A DNA stretch of 42,073 nucleotides from a virus: the IMG/VR virus record IMGVR_UViG_3300025890_000005. One strand, 5' to 3'. Below the pieces are notes generated by a model. That model had not been told where the DNA came from, searched no databases, and was given only the letters and a program-made list of their open reading frames with translations. This document shows positions 5,100 to 13,100 of the stretch, piece after piece. The position numbers were made by a program, and so were the translations under genes. Position 1 is the first letter of the stretch; the number at the start of each line of letters is the position of its first letter.

Positions 5100-6698
5100 A
5101 TGGCTAAGAAACCAACAGTAACTACACTACAGTCAGGGTTCAACTCTACTGAGACCTTGAATGCTAACTTTGAAGCATTGCGTGATGGTTTCGAGAATAC
5201 TCTGTCTTTGGACGGTAGTACTCCAAATGCTATGGAGGCTGACCTAGACCTTAATGGTAATAACCTTATCGGTGCTACTGGTTTGCTTATCAACGGTACT
5301 GACTATCTTGCTGCTGTAGAAGCTGCTAAGGCTGCTGCTTTGATAGCACAGGCTGCTGCTGAGACTGCTGAGACAAATGCTGAGACAGCTGAAACTAATG
5401 CTGAGTCCTCAGAGACTGCTGCTGGTTTGTCGGCTACAGCTGCTGCTACAAGTGAAACGAATGCTTCGACAAGTGCAACAGCTGCTTCTGTTTCCGAGAC
5501 AGCTGCGGCTTTGTCAGAAACTAACGCATCTGCTAGTGAGACTGCGGCTGGCCTAAGTGAAACAGCTGCTGCTACATCAGAAACAAATGCTGCAACAAGT
5601 GCAACTAACGCATCTACCAGTGCAACTGCTGCGGCTACTTCTGAAACGAATGCTTCTACCTCAGAGACCAATGCAGCTACTAGTGCTTCAGCTGCATCCA
5701 CTTCAGAAACTAATGCTGCTACCAGTGAATCCAATGCTGCTGCTTCAGCTACGGCTGCTTTAGCCTCACAGACAGCTGCAGCCTCCTCTGAGAGCAATGC
5801 TGCTGTTTCAGCTACCAACGCAGCCACATCAGAGACTAACGCCTCTACGAGTGCTTCTACGGCCTCTACGAAGGCAACTGAGGCAGCTACCTCTGCAACC
5901 AATGCAGCCACCAGTGAGACCAATGCGGCTACGTCTGAAGCTAATGCAGCAAGTTCTGCTTCTTCTGCACAGGCCTCTAAGGATGCGGCCCTTGCTGCTT
6001 TGGACTCGTTTGATGATCGTTATCTTGGTCAAAAGGCAAGTGACCCAACACTAGACAACGATGGTGATGCTCTGGTTGCTGGTGCTTTGTACTTCAACAC
6101 GTCTGACGATGTGATGAAGGTTTACGAGGGTTCTTCTTGGGTAGCAGCTTATGCTTCTCTGTCAGGTGCTTTGCTTGCCACTAACAACCTGTCAGACCTA
6201 GCCAACGCAGCCACAGCCAGAACTAACCTTGGCCTTGGCACAGGTAATACTCCTACATTTGCTGGCATTAATACCACTGGCAACGCCACCTTCGGCGACA
6301 ACGACAAGGCAGTTTTTGGTGCTGGCAGTGATTTGCAGATTTATCACGATGGGTCTAGCAGCTTAATACAAGATTTGGGGACTGGTATTCTTCAGATTAC
6401 ATCCAACGGCTCTCAAATAAAGCTGGCTGGCAACGGTAGCACTTCAGCAAGTTTTTACACTAATGGTGAATGCCAGCTTTTCTGTACTGGCGATTTAAAG
6501 CTGGCAACGAAAAGCAATGGTATCAATGTAACAGGCAACGTAGGCCTAAGCGGCTCAGTAGACTTCGGCAACTGGACCATCACCGAAAGCGGCGGCTCTT
6601 TGTACTTCGCCACAGGCGGCACAAACAAGATGAAGCTGGACGCATCTGGCAACTTGGATGTTGTCGGTTCAGTCAATTCCAACGCAACAATCACATAA
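5100..6698 (+). CDS. tail fibre protein (532 aa)
   Basis: Several fibre-type motifs (recalled):
- N-terminal SGFNSTETLNANFEALRDGFENTLSLDGSTPNAMEADLDLNGNNL;
- a 30-heptad Ala/Ser/Thr rod;
- FDDRYLGQKASDPTLDNDGDALVAGALYFNT;
- NNLSDLANAATARTNLGLG. Confidence 0.8.
   Translation: MAKKPTVTTLQSGFNSTETLNANFEALRDGFENTLSLDGSTPNAMEADLDLNGNNLIGATGLLINGTDYLAAVEAAKAAALIAQAAAETAETNAETAETNAESSETAAGLSATAAATSETNASTSATAASVSETAAALSETNASASETAAGLSETAAATSETNAATSATNASTSATAAATSETNASTSETNAATSASAASTSETNAATSESNAAASATAALASQTAAASSESNAAVSATNAATSETNASTSASTASTKATEAATSATNAATSETNAATSEANAASSASSAQASKDAALAALDSFDDRYLGQKASDPTLDNDGDALVAGALYFNTSDDVMKVYEGSSWVAAYASLSGALLATNNLSDLANAATARTNLGLGTGNTPTFAGINTTGNATFGDNDKAVFGAGSDLQIYHDGSSSLIQDLGTGILQITSNGSQIKLAGNGSTSASFYTNGECQLFCTGDLKLATKSNGINVTGNVGLSGSVDFGNWTITESGGSLYFATGGTNKMKLDASGNLDVVGSVNSNATIT
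5373..6002 (+). repeat. about 30 uninterrupted 21-nt (heptad) repeats coding T-[N/A]-A-[A/S]-x-S-[E/A]
   Basis: Hand register check of residues 92-301 of the fibre shows no stutter. The repeat also generates the long antisense shadow ORFs. Confidence 0.9.
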
Positions 6699-6725
6699 CT
6701 AATTAGCTAATAGGAGACTCCGAAG

Positions 6726-8546
6726 ATGGCTATTAAAGTAAGCGGCACAGAGGTTATCAGCGATGACAAGCGCATCCTGAATAACGAAGACCTGCCCGAC
6801 ATTCGCCCTAGCCTTCTGCTAGACTTTGCCAACAGCAAGACGCTGGACCCACGCATTACGTTCACCCGTGGCTCTACTGCGACTTACTACGATGGCAAGA
6901 CCACTGCGAAGGCTGAAGAGAATTTGGTGAAGCAAAGTCAAGGTTTTGATAATGCAGTTTGGTATAAAGATGGCACTACAATTACAGCAAACGACACAGC
7001 GGCCCCTGATGGTACAACCACAGCCGACCGAATTACTGATAGTGGCGTAGGGACTTCACATTATGCTGCTCATACATTAACTATAAGCACATCTGCTACC
7101 TACTCTATTTCTTGTTATATAAAGTATGGCGGAGGCAACGGCTGGGTTCTTGTTGGGTTTACTGGCAGTAATGCTTCTGTTTGGTTTGACATACAAAACG
7201 GAACCGTGGGAACCTCTGGCGTAGGTGTATCAGGTTCGTCTATAACTGATGTTGGCGGTGGCTGGTATCGCTGCGAATTGCAAGCAACCTACAATTTAAG
7301 TCCAGCATACCCACAAGTTCGCCTTGTTCCTTCTGATGGAACGTCTACTTACACCGCAGATGGATCATATGTGTGGGCTTGGGGTTTTCAAGTAGAACAG
7401 CGCAGTTCCGCCACAGCCTACACAGCGACAACCGATAGCCCCATCGTGAAGTATCAACCAGTGCTGCAAACGGCGGCATCTGGCGAGGCACGTTTTGACC
7501 ACGATCCAGTGACAGGCGAAAGCAAGGGGCTGCTGATTGAGGGAGCTAGGACGAATTTGCTGACGTATTCTTTGCTGGACACAAACTGGGCCGCTGGCGA
7601 CCTTAGTCGCACTATAAATGTTGTTGCCCCCGACAACACGACAACAGGCGTCCACATCCAAGAGGACACAGATAACGCTCAACACCTTTTAGCCACTAGC
7701 GTGGGTTCAGTCACACCTGGTGATAATTACGCCTTTTCCGTCCACGCAAAAGCAGATGGGTCTGGCAGAAACCTTTTCTTGACTGCGAACGGAGAAGACT
7801 ACGCTGCGTTTGATTTGAATAATGGCACTGTATTACAGGATGGCGGCCATGTGTGTTCAATGGAAGAAATCGGCAATGGTTGGTACAGATGCACGGCAGT
7901 TATAACTAAATCAAACACAAATACTAGTTTTTACGTAGGCTTGTGGAATGCTACAAACTTCTACACAGGCGATGGCTACTCAGGCGTATTCGTCTGGGGC
8001 GCACAAGTCGAAGAAGCCTCCTTCCCCACCAGCTATATCCCCACAAGCGGCAGCACGGTGACTAGGGCGGTGGATGATGCTAAGATTACTGGGAGTAACT
8101 TTACGTCTTGGTTTAGCGCAGGTGCTTTCAGTATTTACCGTGAAATAAACATGGGCTGGGACATGTTGCGTTCCCCATCAACTACCGCAGTGTTAAAAAT
8201 AGATAATCTTTTAAGCAACTCACTTACAATGCGGGTTGTGACAGATGCTTCTGCACCGCAACTAGATGTAACATTATCAACCTTTGGATCAAGCTACGCT
8301 GATACAGCAGACAATAACAATATATCTGGGTACAATAGTTTTAAGCAGGCTCTAGCAATTGATCCGACTAGCTTATTTTCTCATGCAACTGGCGGATCTG
8401 GAGGAACAGACACCAGTGTTCTTCTTGCAAATGATTATAGCAGAATGTTGCTCAATGCAGACGAAGATAGGAACTGGATCAAAAAGATCGCCTTTTACCC
8501 TAAGAAGCTAACACTAACGCAACTGTCGGCCATGGTGGAGGAATAA
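6726..8546 (+). CDS. fibre/adhesin protein (606 aa) with two tandem lectin-like (jelly-roll) domains
   Basis: Internal duplication. One copy reads ...GGGWYRCELQATY...YVWAWGFQVEQRSSATAYTAT. The other reads ...GNGWYRCTAVITK...VFVWGAQVEEASFPTSYIPT. Each copy is preceded by an E(E/G)xxTNL-type linker. Confidence 0.75.
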   Translation: MAIKVSGTEVISDDKRILNNEDLPDIRPSLLLDFANSKTLDPRITFTRGSTATYYDGKTTAKAEENLVKQSQGFDNAVWYKDGTTITANDTAAPDGTTTADRITDSGVGTSHYAAHTLTISTSATYSISCYIKYGGGNGWVLVGFTGSNASVWFDIQNGTVGTSGVGVSGSSITDVGGGWYRCELQATYNLSPAYPQVRLVPSDGTSTYTADGSYVWAWGFQVEQRSSATAYTATTDSPIVKYQPVLQTAASGEARFDHDPVTGESKGLLIEGARTNLLTYSLLDTNWAAGDLSRTINVVAPDNTTTGVHIQEDTDNAQHLLATSVGSVTPGDNYAFSVHAKADGSGRNLFLTANGEDYAAFDLNNGTVLQDGGHVCSMEEIGNGWYRCTAVITKSNTNTSFYVGLWNATNFYTGDGYSGVFVWGAQVEEASFPTSYIPTSGSTVTRAVDDAKITGSNFTSWFSAGAFSIYREINMGWDMLRSPSTTAVLKIDNLLSNSLTMRVVTDASAPQLDVTLSTFGSSYADTADNNNISGYNSFKQALAIDPTSLFSHATGGSGGTDTSVLLANDYSRMLLNADEDRNWIKKIAFYPKKLTLTQLSAMVEE

Positions 8547-8549
8547 GAC

Positions 8550-8927
8550 ATGCAAACGTATTACCTCAAGGCAACATCTGAACAGGCTCTGTGGGACGCA
8601 CTAGAGGCGGCTGAAGTCGTGAAGAAGATTTACGACAGCACAGACCCAGACAATCAGCGTCCATCGGATTTAGACCCAGAGGCTGATTGGTCGCCTACTG
8701 GCACGTTCACTTGGGAAACACCAAACATGCTCGACATCATCGGCACCATGTACACAGCCACAGGCACCATGCTGACCGACAGCGATGGCATGGAGTATGC
8801 TGAGATGGAAGCTGTTGATGGCTACCACGCAAACCTTCGTGAAGAACTAACGGCTGAACAAGAGGCTGCACTGCCGACTGTGGATGCACCAGCTACGCCT
8901 TACCGCAAATGGGCAGGAGATGAATAA
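8550..8927 (+). CDS. hypothetical protein (125 aa), fibre-island member
   Basis: GGAGGA SD. Acidic. No family named. Confidence 0.65.
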   Translation: MQTYYLKATSEQALWDALEAAEVVKKIYDSTDPDNQRPSDLDPEADWSPTGTFTWETPNMLDIIGTMYTATGTMLTDSDGMEYAEMEAVDGYHANLREELTAEQEAALPTVDAPATPYRKWAGDE

Positions 8928-9271
8928 TGGCTAAACTTACTGGAACAAATCCTGAGCAGGTGCCTACAAATGCTGACCTTGGTACGATGGCGTATCAGGA
9001 CAAGGATAATGTTAAGATTGATGGTGGTAGCATTAACCTCACTGGCACAGTGACTGCTACATCCTACGTAGGTGATGGCTCTGCCCTTACAGGTATTGCA
9101 GCGGGTGCAACGGGTGGCGGCTCAGATGACATCTTCTACGAGAACGGTCAGAACGTGACAACGAACTACACAATTACAAACGGCAAGAACGCAATGTCGG
9201 CTGGCCCTATCACGATTGATAGCGGTGTAACTGTAACAGTCGGCGCTGGCGAAACATGGACGGTGGTTTAA
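8927..9271 (+). CDS. small fibre-like protein (114 aa)
   Basis: TAATG coupling. The N-terminus NPEQVPTNADLGTMAYQDKDNVKIDGGSI is typical of phage fibre proteins (recall). Confidence 0.65.
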   Translation: MAKLTGTNPEQVPTNADLGTMAYQDKDNVKIDGGSINLTGTVTATSYVGDGSALTGIAAGATGGGSDDIFYENGQNVTTNYTITNGKNAMSAGPITIDSGVTVTVGAGETWTVV

Positions 9272-9272
9272 C

Positions 9273-9650
9273 ATGAGTACACTAAAGGTAAACACACTGG
9301 AAGAAGCTACCGCTGGTGGTGCTACGTTTTACACGGCTAAGGCTTGGGTAAACTTCAACGGTTCTGGTACTGTGTCTATTCGGGGTGACGGTAATGTTTC
9401 CAGCATCACAGATAATGGAACTGGTCAATATACAACAAACTATTCGTCCACTTTAAGTAGTGCAAACTATAGTGCAACAGGTACGTCTGGATTTGCTTCT
9501 ACAGGCGCAAATGACGTTGGTGCTGTTGGTGTCTATAACGCATCTTCTGGTATGACTACATCTAGTATTAGAGTATTCACCGTCGATACAAACGCAGGCT
9601 CGCCCTATATATATGACTATGCGTATGTGGGGATACAGGTAACTCTATGA
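9273..9650 (+). CDS. small adhesin-like protein, paralog A (125 aa)
   Basis: The N-terminal ~65 aa align to the product of 10036-10392 (AKAWVNFNGSGTVSIRGDGNVSSITDNGTG). The C-terminal halves are unrelated. Confidence 0.65.
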   Translation: MSTLKVNTLEEATAGGATFYTAKAWVNFNGSGTVSIRGDGNVSSITDNGTGQYTTNYSSTLSSANYSATGTSGFASTGANDVGAVGVYNASSGMTTSSIRVFTVDTNAGSPYIYDYAYVGIQVTL

Positions 9651-10039
9651 GCAATTACAGAGTAATATTTGAAGACCCAGAGCAGCCAGAGCAACCCGCA
9701 ATGGTGCTTGTCCCTAGTGACAACTGGCTTGAAGAAGCTAAGGCTGGGCTACTGCCACCCATATCCGTCTACTGGGCTTTGCAAGATGATGAGCAACAAG
9801 CCATAGCTGAGGGTCGCCACGACACCTTCAAGCATGACCCAGAGAAACATGCAGCACAGTGGACAGCACCCCGTATTGGCCCTCTCACAGAAGAAGAAGC
9901 TATTGAGTATCTCATCATGAAAGACATCCCTCGTCACATCTGGTCGGTGGAGTACAACAGACCAATGTTTAAGATTGTTAAGACAGCAGATGTGCCGTCT
10001 GACAGACAGTTCCGTAATGCGTGGAGGTTAGCAGCATGA
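9647..10039 (+). CDS. partner protein of paralog A (130 aa), apparently C-terminally truncated
   Basis: ATGA overlaps at both ends. It ends at VPSDRQFRNAWRLAA, which is homologous to VPAERTFRGAWE near the start of the 10447 product. Confidence 0.6.
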   Translation: MSNYRVIFEDPEQPEQPAMVLVPSDNWLEEAKAGLLPPISVYWALQDDEQQAIAEGRHDTFKHDPEKHAAQWTAPRIGPLTEEEAIEYLIMKDIPRHIWSVEYNRPMFKIVKTADVPSDRQFRNAWRLAA

Positions 10040-10392
10040 GCACAATCAAGGTAGATAACCTACAGACTACAGGTGGTGCTGGTCTTTACCCTGCACGGGC
10101 TTGGGTAAACTTTAACGGTACGGGTACTGTAGCTATTCGAGAGGATGGCAATGTGAGTAGTATTACTGACAATGGAACAGGTATTTATACGGTAAATTTT
10201 ACTAGCGCATTATCTGATGCAAATTACGCTTCTGTTAACACCGCTGGCTTTTCAAATTCAGGGGCTAATTTCACTATGCCTATAACGCCATCGAATGGTA
10301 GCCCAACTGCTTCAGCTCTACCTATTAGAAATTATGGATCTAATGGCGTAACTTATGACGCAAGTCATTTTAGTGTTGCCATCTTCCGCTAG
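10036..10392 (+). CDS. small adhesin-like protein, paralog B (118 aa)
   Basis: GGAGG lies 8 nt upstream of ATG 10036, with an ATGA overlap onto the previous stop. Begins MSTIKVDNLQTTGGAGLYPARAWVNFNGTGTVAIREDGNVSSITDNGTG. Confidence 0.65.
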   Translation: MSTIKVDNLQTTGGAGLYPARAWVNFNGTGTVAIREDGNVSSITDNGTGIYTVNFTSALSDANYASVNTAGFSNSGANFTMPITPSNGSPTASALPIRNYGSNGVTYDASHFSVAIFR

Positions 10393-10450
10393 GAGCCAGT
10401 ACAGAGTAATCTTTGAAGACCCGCACACTTTCCACGGAGTAACACAATGA
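10391..10450 (+). pseudogene. decayed 5' end of a second copy of gene 9647 (start codon lost, ATG to AGG)
   Basis: AGGAGCCAGTACAGAGTAATCTTTGAAGACCC aligns with ATGAGCAATTACAGAGTAATATTTGAAGACCC at 9647. The frame stays open for 19 codons, RSQYRVIFEDPHTFHGVTQ, up to the ATGA of 10447. Confidence 0.6.
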
Positions 10451-10806
10451 CACAAACTTTTATCAAGATAGGCGCAACATCTTATGACGCCGCAGACTAT
10501 GAAGTACCAGCAGAACGTACATTCCGTGGTGCTTGGGAAGCTAATGCTGATACTGGGGTAATCTCTGTAGACATGGCAGCAGCCAAGAACATCTGGCGTG
10601 ACAAGATACGTCAGGCTCGTATTGAGCCACTGGCTGCACTCGACACAGCCTACATGAAGGCACAAGAGACAGGCGCTGACACAACACAGATTGTTGCTGA
10701 CAAGCAAGCCTTGCGTGATGCACCCTCACTGGCAAGCATTGACGCAGCTACTACTCCTGCTGAACTCAAAGCAATCCAGCCCATCCCTAACGTAACGGTG
10801 GAATGA
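10447..10806 (+). CDS. partner/chaperone-like protein (119 aa), C-terminal-domain homolog of the 9647 family
   Basis: GGAG SD. The VPAERTFRGAWE...NIWRDKIRQARIEPLAALD pattern resembles fibre-associated chaperone domains (DUF4376-type, from memory, unverified). Confidence 0.6.
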   Translation: MTQTFIKIGATSYDAADYEVPAERTFRGAWEANADTGVISVDMAAAKNIWRDKIRQARIEPLAALDTAYMKAQETGADTTQIVADKQALRDAPSLASIDAATTPAELKAIQPIPNVTVE

Positions 10807-10807
10807 T

Positions 10808-11086
10808 ATGGCTAGTGTAATCCGTGGTAATGACAACTTTGATAGTGCTATTGGCGGTAGTACAGACCTTGGTGCTGTTGGGACTTATGCTGTTCTTGTG
10901 CGTTATGGCGGTTTTAATGCTGGGTCTCTTTATAGTAGCGGTCTAACATACTCAGGTTGGCACGAATATGGCGACCAAGTTTACTCTCAGTACCCCAGCG
11001 GTACTCCTAGTGGCACATGGAGAGCTATGGGAGAAGAGTTTAGGACAGACCGAAATTGTTTAACTGTTGCTGTAAGGGTTTCATAA
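10808..11086 (+). CDS. small fibre-tip-like protein (92 aa)
   Basis: Gly/Ser/Tyr-rich with a ...SGTWRAMGEEF motif, as in small phage fibre-tip proteins (recall). Confidence 0.55.
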   Translation: MASVIRGNDNFDSAIGGSTDLGAVGTYAVLVRYGGFNAGSLYSSGLTYSGWHEYGDQVYSQYPSGTPSGTWRAMGEEFRTDRNCLTVAVRVS

Positions 11087-11496
11087 TGAGCATTGCAATT
11101 ACACAAGTCCGTAATGCGGCATCAAAGAACGCAGAAAACACAATCATTGACGTAGAGATTAACCACCCACAGTACGGCTGGATACCCTACCTGCTGACTG
11201 ATTATGACACAGATACAACCATTGACAATAATGCAGTCATGGCTTTGATCGGTGATGACTTCACTGCATACGTTCCGCCAACACAGGCAGAGCTAGATGC
11301 AGCCGCAGCAGCGCAGGTTCGTGCTGATCGGGATGGTCGCCTTACAGAAGTAGATGCTATTGCTGGTAATGGACTTCGCTGGGCTGCACTTGGTGCTGCT
11401 ACCCAAGCTGAGTGGGCTACATACCGTCAGGCGTTACTAGATGTACCACAGCAATCTGGCTTTCCACACGACATCACATGGCCCACTAAACCCTAA
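11086..11496 (+). CDS. tail fibre assembly protein-like (136 aa)
   Basis: TAATG coupling at both ends. The C-terminus ...WATYRQALLDVPQQSGFPHDITWPTKP matches the tail-fibre-assembly (Tfa-type) ending as I remember it. Confidence 0.6.
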   Translation: MSIAITQVRNAASKNAENTIIDVEINHPQYGWIPYLLTDYDTDTTIDNNAVMALIGDDFTAYVPPTQAELDAAAAAQVRADRDGRLTEVDAIAGNGLRWAALGAATQAEWATYRQALLDVPQQSGFPHDITWPTKP

Positions 11497-13040
11497 TGGC
11501 AAGTATTACTGAAATCAGAGAGGCGGCAGAAGCAAGTTTGATTACGTTCATCAGGCTTGTTGCTCCTCAACGTGTACTTGGTAACTGTCATGAGGACGTA
11601 TGTAAATGGTGGACAAGGCAGGATGCTAAAACCCATCAGCTTCTTCTGTTTCCTCGTGACCACGGTAAGTCAGCTATGGTTGCTTACCGGGTTGCTTGGG
11701 AACTAACTAAAAACCCTACCCTGCGGGTTCTGTATATTTCAGCTACATCTAACTTAGCCCAGAAACAGCTATCGTTTATCAAGAACATCTTTGAGTCAGA
11801 CATACATCAGAAGTATTGGCCTGAACATCTAAACAAAGATGAGAGTAAACGAGAGAAGTGGACAACATCTGAGATTGCACTGGATCACCCAGATCGTAAG
11901 AAAGAAGCTATCCGTGACCCATCTATATTTACTGGCGGTCTTACTACTTCTCTTACAGGGATGCACTGCGATATTGCTGTCCTCGATGACGTAGTAGTTT
12001 TTGAAAATGCTTACACTGGAGAAGGCCGTAACAAAGTTAAGTCTCAATACTCTTTGCTTTCATCCATTGAAGGTAGTGAAGCTAGAGAGTGGGTAGTAGG
12101 TACAAGGTATCATCCTAAAGATTTGTACTCTGATTTGATGAGTATGGAAGAAGACATCTACTCAGATAAGAATGAGATAGTAGGTAAAGAGTCTATCTAC
12201 GAAGTTATGGAACGAGCAGTAGAAGACAACGGAGATGGTACAGGTGACTTCCTATGGCCTCGTCAGTTACGGAAAGACGGTAAGTTCTTTGGCTTCGATA
12301 TTAAAATCTTAGCTAAGAAACGTGGACAGTACCTTGACCGTGTTCAGTTTAGAGCACAGTACTACAACGATCCTACGGACCCTGACAGTCAACCTATTGC
12401 TTACGAAAAGTTTCAGTACTATGATCGTAAACATATGACTCGTGAAGGTGGGCAGTGGCACTATAAGGGACGTAAGTTAAATGTTAGTGCAGCTGTGGAC
12501 TTTGCTTACAGTGTAAGTAAACGTGCCGACTACACAGCCATTGTCGTCATTGGAGTGGACTCTGAGAATAACGTATATGTTTTAGACATTGACCGTTTTA
12601 AGACTGATAAGATTTCTGAGTACTTCCGTCACATCCTTGATCTCCTTAATCGTTGGGACTTCAGGAAACTACGGGCTGAATGTACAGCTGCTCAGTCAGC
12701 TATCGTATCTGAATTAAAAGATAACTACATCAAACCTAATGGCCTTGCTCTTAAGATTGACGAGCATAGACCAAACAGGCATCAAGGTTCTAAGGAAGAA
12801 CGTATAGCTGCTATCCTTGAACCAAGATATGATAACTTACAAGTGTATCACTACCGTGGTGGTAACTGTCAGGTACTAGAAGAAGAGTTAGTATCCTACA
12901 ATCCAGCACACGATGACTGTAAGGACTGTCTAGCAGCTGCTGTTGAAGTCGCAATTAAGCCAAGCAGTACAGTAAGACGTACACGCAGTCAAGATAATAA
13001 TGTAGTATTCCACCCAAAATTTGGTGGTGTTGCATTTTAG
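11496..13040 (+). CDS. terL: terminase large subunit
   Basis: 514 aa. ATPase-like PRDHGKS and IAVLDDVV, with a C-terminal RNaseH-like nuclease pattern (AAVDFAYS...DDCKDCLAAA). Sits immediately upstream of the portal gene. Confidence 0.85.
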   Translation: MASITEIREAAEASLITFIRLVAPQRVLGNCHEDVCKWWTRQDAKTHQLLLFPRDHGKSAMVAYRVAWELTKNPTLRVLYISATSNLAQKQLSFIKNIFESDIHQKYWPEHLNKDESKREKWTTSEIALDHPDRKKEAIRDPSIFTGGLTTSLTGMHCDIAVLDDVVVFENAYTGEGRNKVKSQYSLLSSIEGSEAREWVVGTRYHPKDLYSDLMSMEEDIYSDKNEIVGKESIYEVMERAVEDNGDGTGDFLWPRQLRKDGKFFGFDIKILAKKRGQYLDRVQFRAQYYNDPTDPDSQPIAYEKFQYYDRKHMTREGGQWHYKGRKLNVSAAVDFAYSVSKRADYTAIVVIGVDSENNVYVLDIDRFKTDKISEYFRHILDLLNRWDFRKLRAECTAAQSAIVSELKDNYIKPNGLALKIDEHRPNRHQGSKEERIAAILEPRYDNLQVYHYRGGNCQVLEEELVSYNPAHDDCKDCLAAAVEVAIKPSSTVRRTRSQDNNVVFHPKFGGVAF

Positions 13041-13043
13041 CAC

Positions 13044-13079
13044 TTGACATAAATTTTACAGTGTGTTATTATTAACACA
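13044..13079 (+). promoter_or_regulatory. sigma70 promoter TTGACA-N17-TATTAT upstream of portal, with an 18-bp palindrome over the -10
   Basis: TTGACA at 13044-13049 and TATTAT at 13067-13072. TGTGTTA-TTAT-TAACACA spans 13062-13079. Confidence 0.7.
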
Positions 13080-13100
13080 TAAGCTAGACTAGGAGTCGAA

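Noticed and set aside
5303-6054. Long ORFs overlapping the fibre gene: 206 aa on the minus strand at 5303-5923, plus 5557-5763, 5797-6054 and 5829-6032
   Set aside because: They lie entirely within the 21-nt repeat. They have low-complexity A/V/E/L or L/Q/R/P composition and no RBS. They are frame shadows of the heptad repeat in a gene with clear fibre motifs.
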